A stretch of 63,013 bases of DNA from an uncultured Dehalococcoidales bacterium (GTDB lineage Bacteria > Chloroflexota > Dehalococcoidia > GIF9 > AB-539-J10). Location of the stretch: assembly GCA_964435965.1 (NCBI GenBank), contig CAYTBB010000002.1, forward strand, positions 1 through 63,013, read 5' to 3'. Shown one piece after another: positions 61,683 through 63,013 of this stretch. Below the pieces are notes generated by a model. That model saw nothing but the letters and a program-made list of their open reading frames with translations, was not told where the DNA came from and searched no databases. Positions within the stretch are counted from its first letter, which is position 1. The number at the start of each line of letters is the position of its first letter. The translations under genes and the position numbers were made by a program.

Positions 61683-61732
61683 CATCGTTCAAGACGCTGA
61701 AGTCGGAAGCTCAAATTTGGTCGCCCTGACCA
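61683..61732 (+). repeat. tRNA-Pro 3'-fragment copy F4
   Basis: catcgttcaagacgctgaagtcggaagctcaaatttggtcgccctgacca. 38 of 50 identical by hand count. It keeps the ACCA end and the same trailing AGA as the genuine tRNA. Confidence 0.7.
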
Positions 61733-61740
61733 AGAAAGGG

Positions 61741-61923
61741 TTATTGCCCAAGCCACTCCTCCCTGGCAACTCCGATCTCTCTGCGATGCGGGTTGGGAAT
61801 AGTCAATACTAAGCTTCCTTTTATCATGTAGGGGTGTTTCCCGCCTCGATAAGGTCCCTCAAATCCAAGCTTGCGAATTCGCCTTATCAACTCTGCCCAA
61901 GAAACAGGTGAAAGTTCAGCCAC
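61741..61923 (-). CDS. hicA: HicA-family toxin (mRNA interferase)
   Basis: ..SWAELIRRIRKLGFEGPYRGGKHPYMIKG..VLTIPNPHRREIG. 60 aa, overlapping the upstream hicB by 8 nt. Confidence 0.7.
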   Translation of the reverse strand: MAELSPVSWAELIRRIRKLGFEGPYRGGKHPYMIKGSLVLTIPNPHRREIGVAREEWLGQ

Positions 61924-62170
61924 TGACTTTCAAAGTTTTGAGTCCCTCTATTTTGTGTTCACCTATAGAAGGAATGCTTAATCCCTTTCTAAGCCTTACC
62001 ACAAGCCAACCATCAATGACCTCAGCTAAATTACGACGGCATTCCTCAAGTGTTTTACCTGTAGCCCATACGCCTTCAAGCTCTGGGACCTCTCCATAGT
62101 ATGGCTCTTCATCCTCAATGATTTCATATCTTGCCCTACTCACAGCAGCCTCAATATACTGTGTAATCAA
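61916..62170 (-). CDS. hicB: HicB-family antitoxin (UPF0150 fold)
   Basis: ..YEIIEDEEPYYGEVPELEGVWATGKTLEECRRNLAEVIDGWL.., the typical HicB N-terminal domain pattern. Confidence 0.7.
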   Translation of the reverse strand: MITQYIEAAVSRARYEIIEDEEPYYGEVPELEGVWATGKTLEECRRNLAEVIDGWLVVRLRKGLSIPSIGEHKIEGLKTLKVSG

Positions 62171-62338
62171 TTTTCACCTCTTCTATTAGCTTATCCCTAT
62201 CCCCTGCGCGATTTACATCCAGCCAATATTGCGCTTGCTTATTATAGCTTGAATGGCTACTTGAGAGCAACACGCACGCTACCTTGGCAACAATAATCAA
62301 GACACTTATAATAGATTCAGCCCACAGGCTGGAGGGCA

Positions 62339-62388
62339 CAGCCTTCGAAACGCTGAGGGCGGCGGGTCAAACCCCCTCACCCCGGGCC
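62339..62388 (+). repeat. tRNA-Pro 3'-fragment copy F5
   Basis: cagccttcgaaacgctgagggcggcgggtcaaaccccctcaccccgggcc. 37 of 50 identical by hand count, gapless. Confidence 0.65.
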
Positions 62389-62401
62389 CCACAATTAGGT
62401 C

Positions 62402-62453
62402 AAAAACTACCGTACTACTAGCGGGATTTGGAGGAAATACCCCGCGCTAGTAG
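62402..62453 (-). terminator. candidate intrinsic terminator of the small - strand gene at 62529-62804
   Basis: Long GC-rich hairpin CTACTAGCGGG...CCCGCGCTAGTAG (62415-62453). On the - strand a T5 run (62406-62402) follows after 8 nt. Confidence 0.45.
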
Positions 62454-62528
62454 GCAACCTTGATTATGGAGCGGCACTCCGTATGTGAATCACACGTATT
62501 CACCCGAACGTAGCCGGCAATGCCAACC

Positions 62529-62804
62529 CTATTTCTTGTCCTCTGCCTGGAAATGCTCCGCCACCGTTTTGCCAAAGTCCTGAGCTGCCTTTCCCGCCTC
62601 ACTGAGTTTCCCCTTCACTTCCTCGTCCTTAAACCTCTTGGCCAGGGCTTTAGCAGATTCAGCCGCAGCATCGCCAAATTCCTTGGCCTTCTCCTTCAGC
62701 TCAGGGTCGTTGAATATTTCGCTAATCGCCGACCCGAATGCGGTGAGCATCTGCCCGAAACTATCTCCTGGGCTCTTTTTGGTGCTGTCCTTTTCTTGCG
62801 ACAT
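62529..62804 (-). CDS. 91-aa lysine/glutamate-rich hypothetical protein
   Basis: MSQEKDSTKKSPGDSFGQML..., with a strong GGGAGGAG RBS 6 nt upstream of ATG 62804. The longer track ORF start was rejected. Confidence 0.55.
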   Translation of the reverse strand: MSQEKDSTKKSPGDSFGQMLTAFGSAISEIFNDPELKEKAKEFGDAAAESAKALAKRFKDEEVKGKLSEAGKAAQDFGKTVAEHFQAEDKK

Positions 62805-63013
62805 AATGCTCCTCCCTTCTCTTTTCTGCCAGCGATGAGTAGCATTGTCATAATACACTGGGTACAACAAGAACCGTAGCCGGGAGTGCCATACAGCACA
62901 GGCCAGCGCGGTAATCTTGGTTCGATGGGGTCCCACCAATTGACAGCCACAAAGCGAGGGCTTAACATAGCCACAGCCACTGGAAAAAGCTTCTGCGCAA
63001 ACGTGCTGCCAGT

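Larger units (their letters stand above)
60238..61684. repeat. 1447-bp duplication, copy B
   Basis: See copy A. Confidence 0.9.
55129..62388. mobile_element. putative composite integration / cassette region downstream of tRNA-Pro, delimited by tRNA-Pro 3'-fragment repeats (no integrase present)
   Basis: Five direct, gapless copies of the last 50 nt of tRNA-Pro split the region into modules of 0.6 to 3.3 kb. See the repeat features and findings. Confidence 0.35.

Noticed and set aside
56881-62388. The idea that the tRNA-like 50-mers are complete tRNA genes, tRNA pseudogenes, or tmRNA 3' ends.
   Set aside because: No complementary 5' acceptor strand or D arm is present upstream of any copy. 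Most have broken anticodon or T stems. The acceptor sequence matches tRNA-Pro rather than the alanine-type tmRNA end.
62905-62938. A possible sixth tRNA-like fragment (..cttGGTTCGATggggtcccacca).
   Set aside because: The T-loop-like GGTTCGAT has no flanking complementary stem. It also does not align without gaps to tRNA-Pro or to the other five copies.
62529-62980. The longer versions (136 aa and 94 aa) of the ORFs at the right end.
   Set aside because: A strong GGGAGGAG RBS precedes the internal ATG at 62804. The upstream extension and the overlapping 94-aa frame have non-protein-like composition.
1-63013. Scan for CRISPR arrays, rRNA genes, transposases, intact integrases, phage structural genes and recognisable defence systems.
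   Set aside because: No regularly spaced short repeats, rRNA-like sequence or transposase/integrase ORFs were found. The exceptions are the truncated serine recombinase at 138-418 and the hicBA pair.

Overview
This 63 kb window looks like a chromosomal segment from an anaerobic bacterium. Gene order and protein signatures suggest a Chloroflexota or Dehalococcoidia-like organism, but that is inference only. All calls come from reading the sequence and the ORF track; no searches were run, start codons are approximate, and recalled family knowledge is flagged as such.

Layout:
- **1-1200:** tRNA-Ile(GAT) abutted by the C-terminal remnant of a large serine recombinase, plus a hypothetical ORF.
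- **1205-25278, + strand:** a very tight co-directional cluster.
  - It opens with an uncharacterised module: a PEP/pyruvate-binding (PPDK_N) protein, a GltS-like FMN protein and a ferredoxin.
  - It continues with a split archaeal-type glutamate synthase interleaved with hisH and hisF, then glnA.
  - A run of glutamine amidotransferases from unrelated pathways follows: nadE, carA (frameshifted), pdxT, purF, pyrG, purSL and purQ.
  - It ends with an NrpR-like nitrogen regulator.
- **25858-27271:** an NYN-domain protein and a J-domain protein.
- **27360-46866, - strand:** the str/S10/spc/alpha ribosomal superoperon, ending with rplM-rpsI and truA.
  - There is no tuf after fusA and no rpmD.
  - A 193-nt gap between rplW and rplB holds a 20-aa, very basic, bS22-like ORF.
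- **47205-56830:** a radical SAM protein, gyrA, a TPR protein, lysC, an ApgM-like protein (proposed homoserine kinase), tRNA-Pro(CGG), asd and a lipoprotein.
- **56879-62388:** an accessory region punctuated by five direct, degenerate, gap-free copies of the 3' 50 nt of tRNA-Pro.
  - It contains a 1447-bp near-identical duplication carrying a GC-rich GNAT-like gene.
  - It also holds a nitroreductase with tiny membrane ORFs and a hicBA toxin-antitoxin pair.

Top leads: the glutamine-centred supercluster with NrpR, the tRNA-Pro-fragment cassette array, and the bS22-like micro-ORF.
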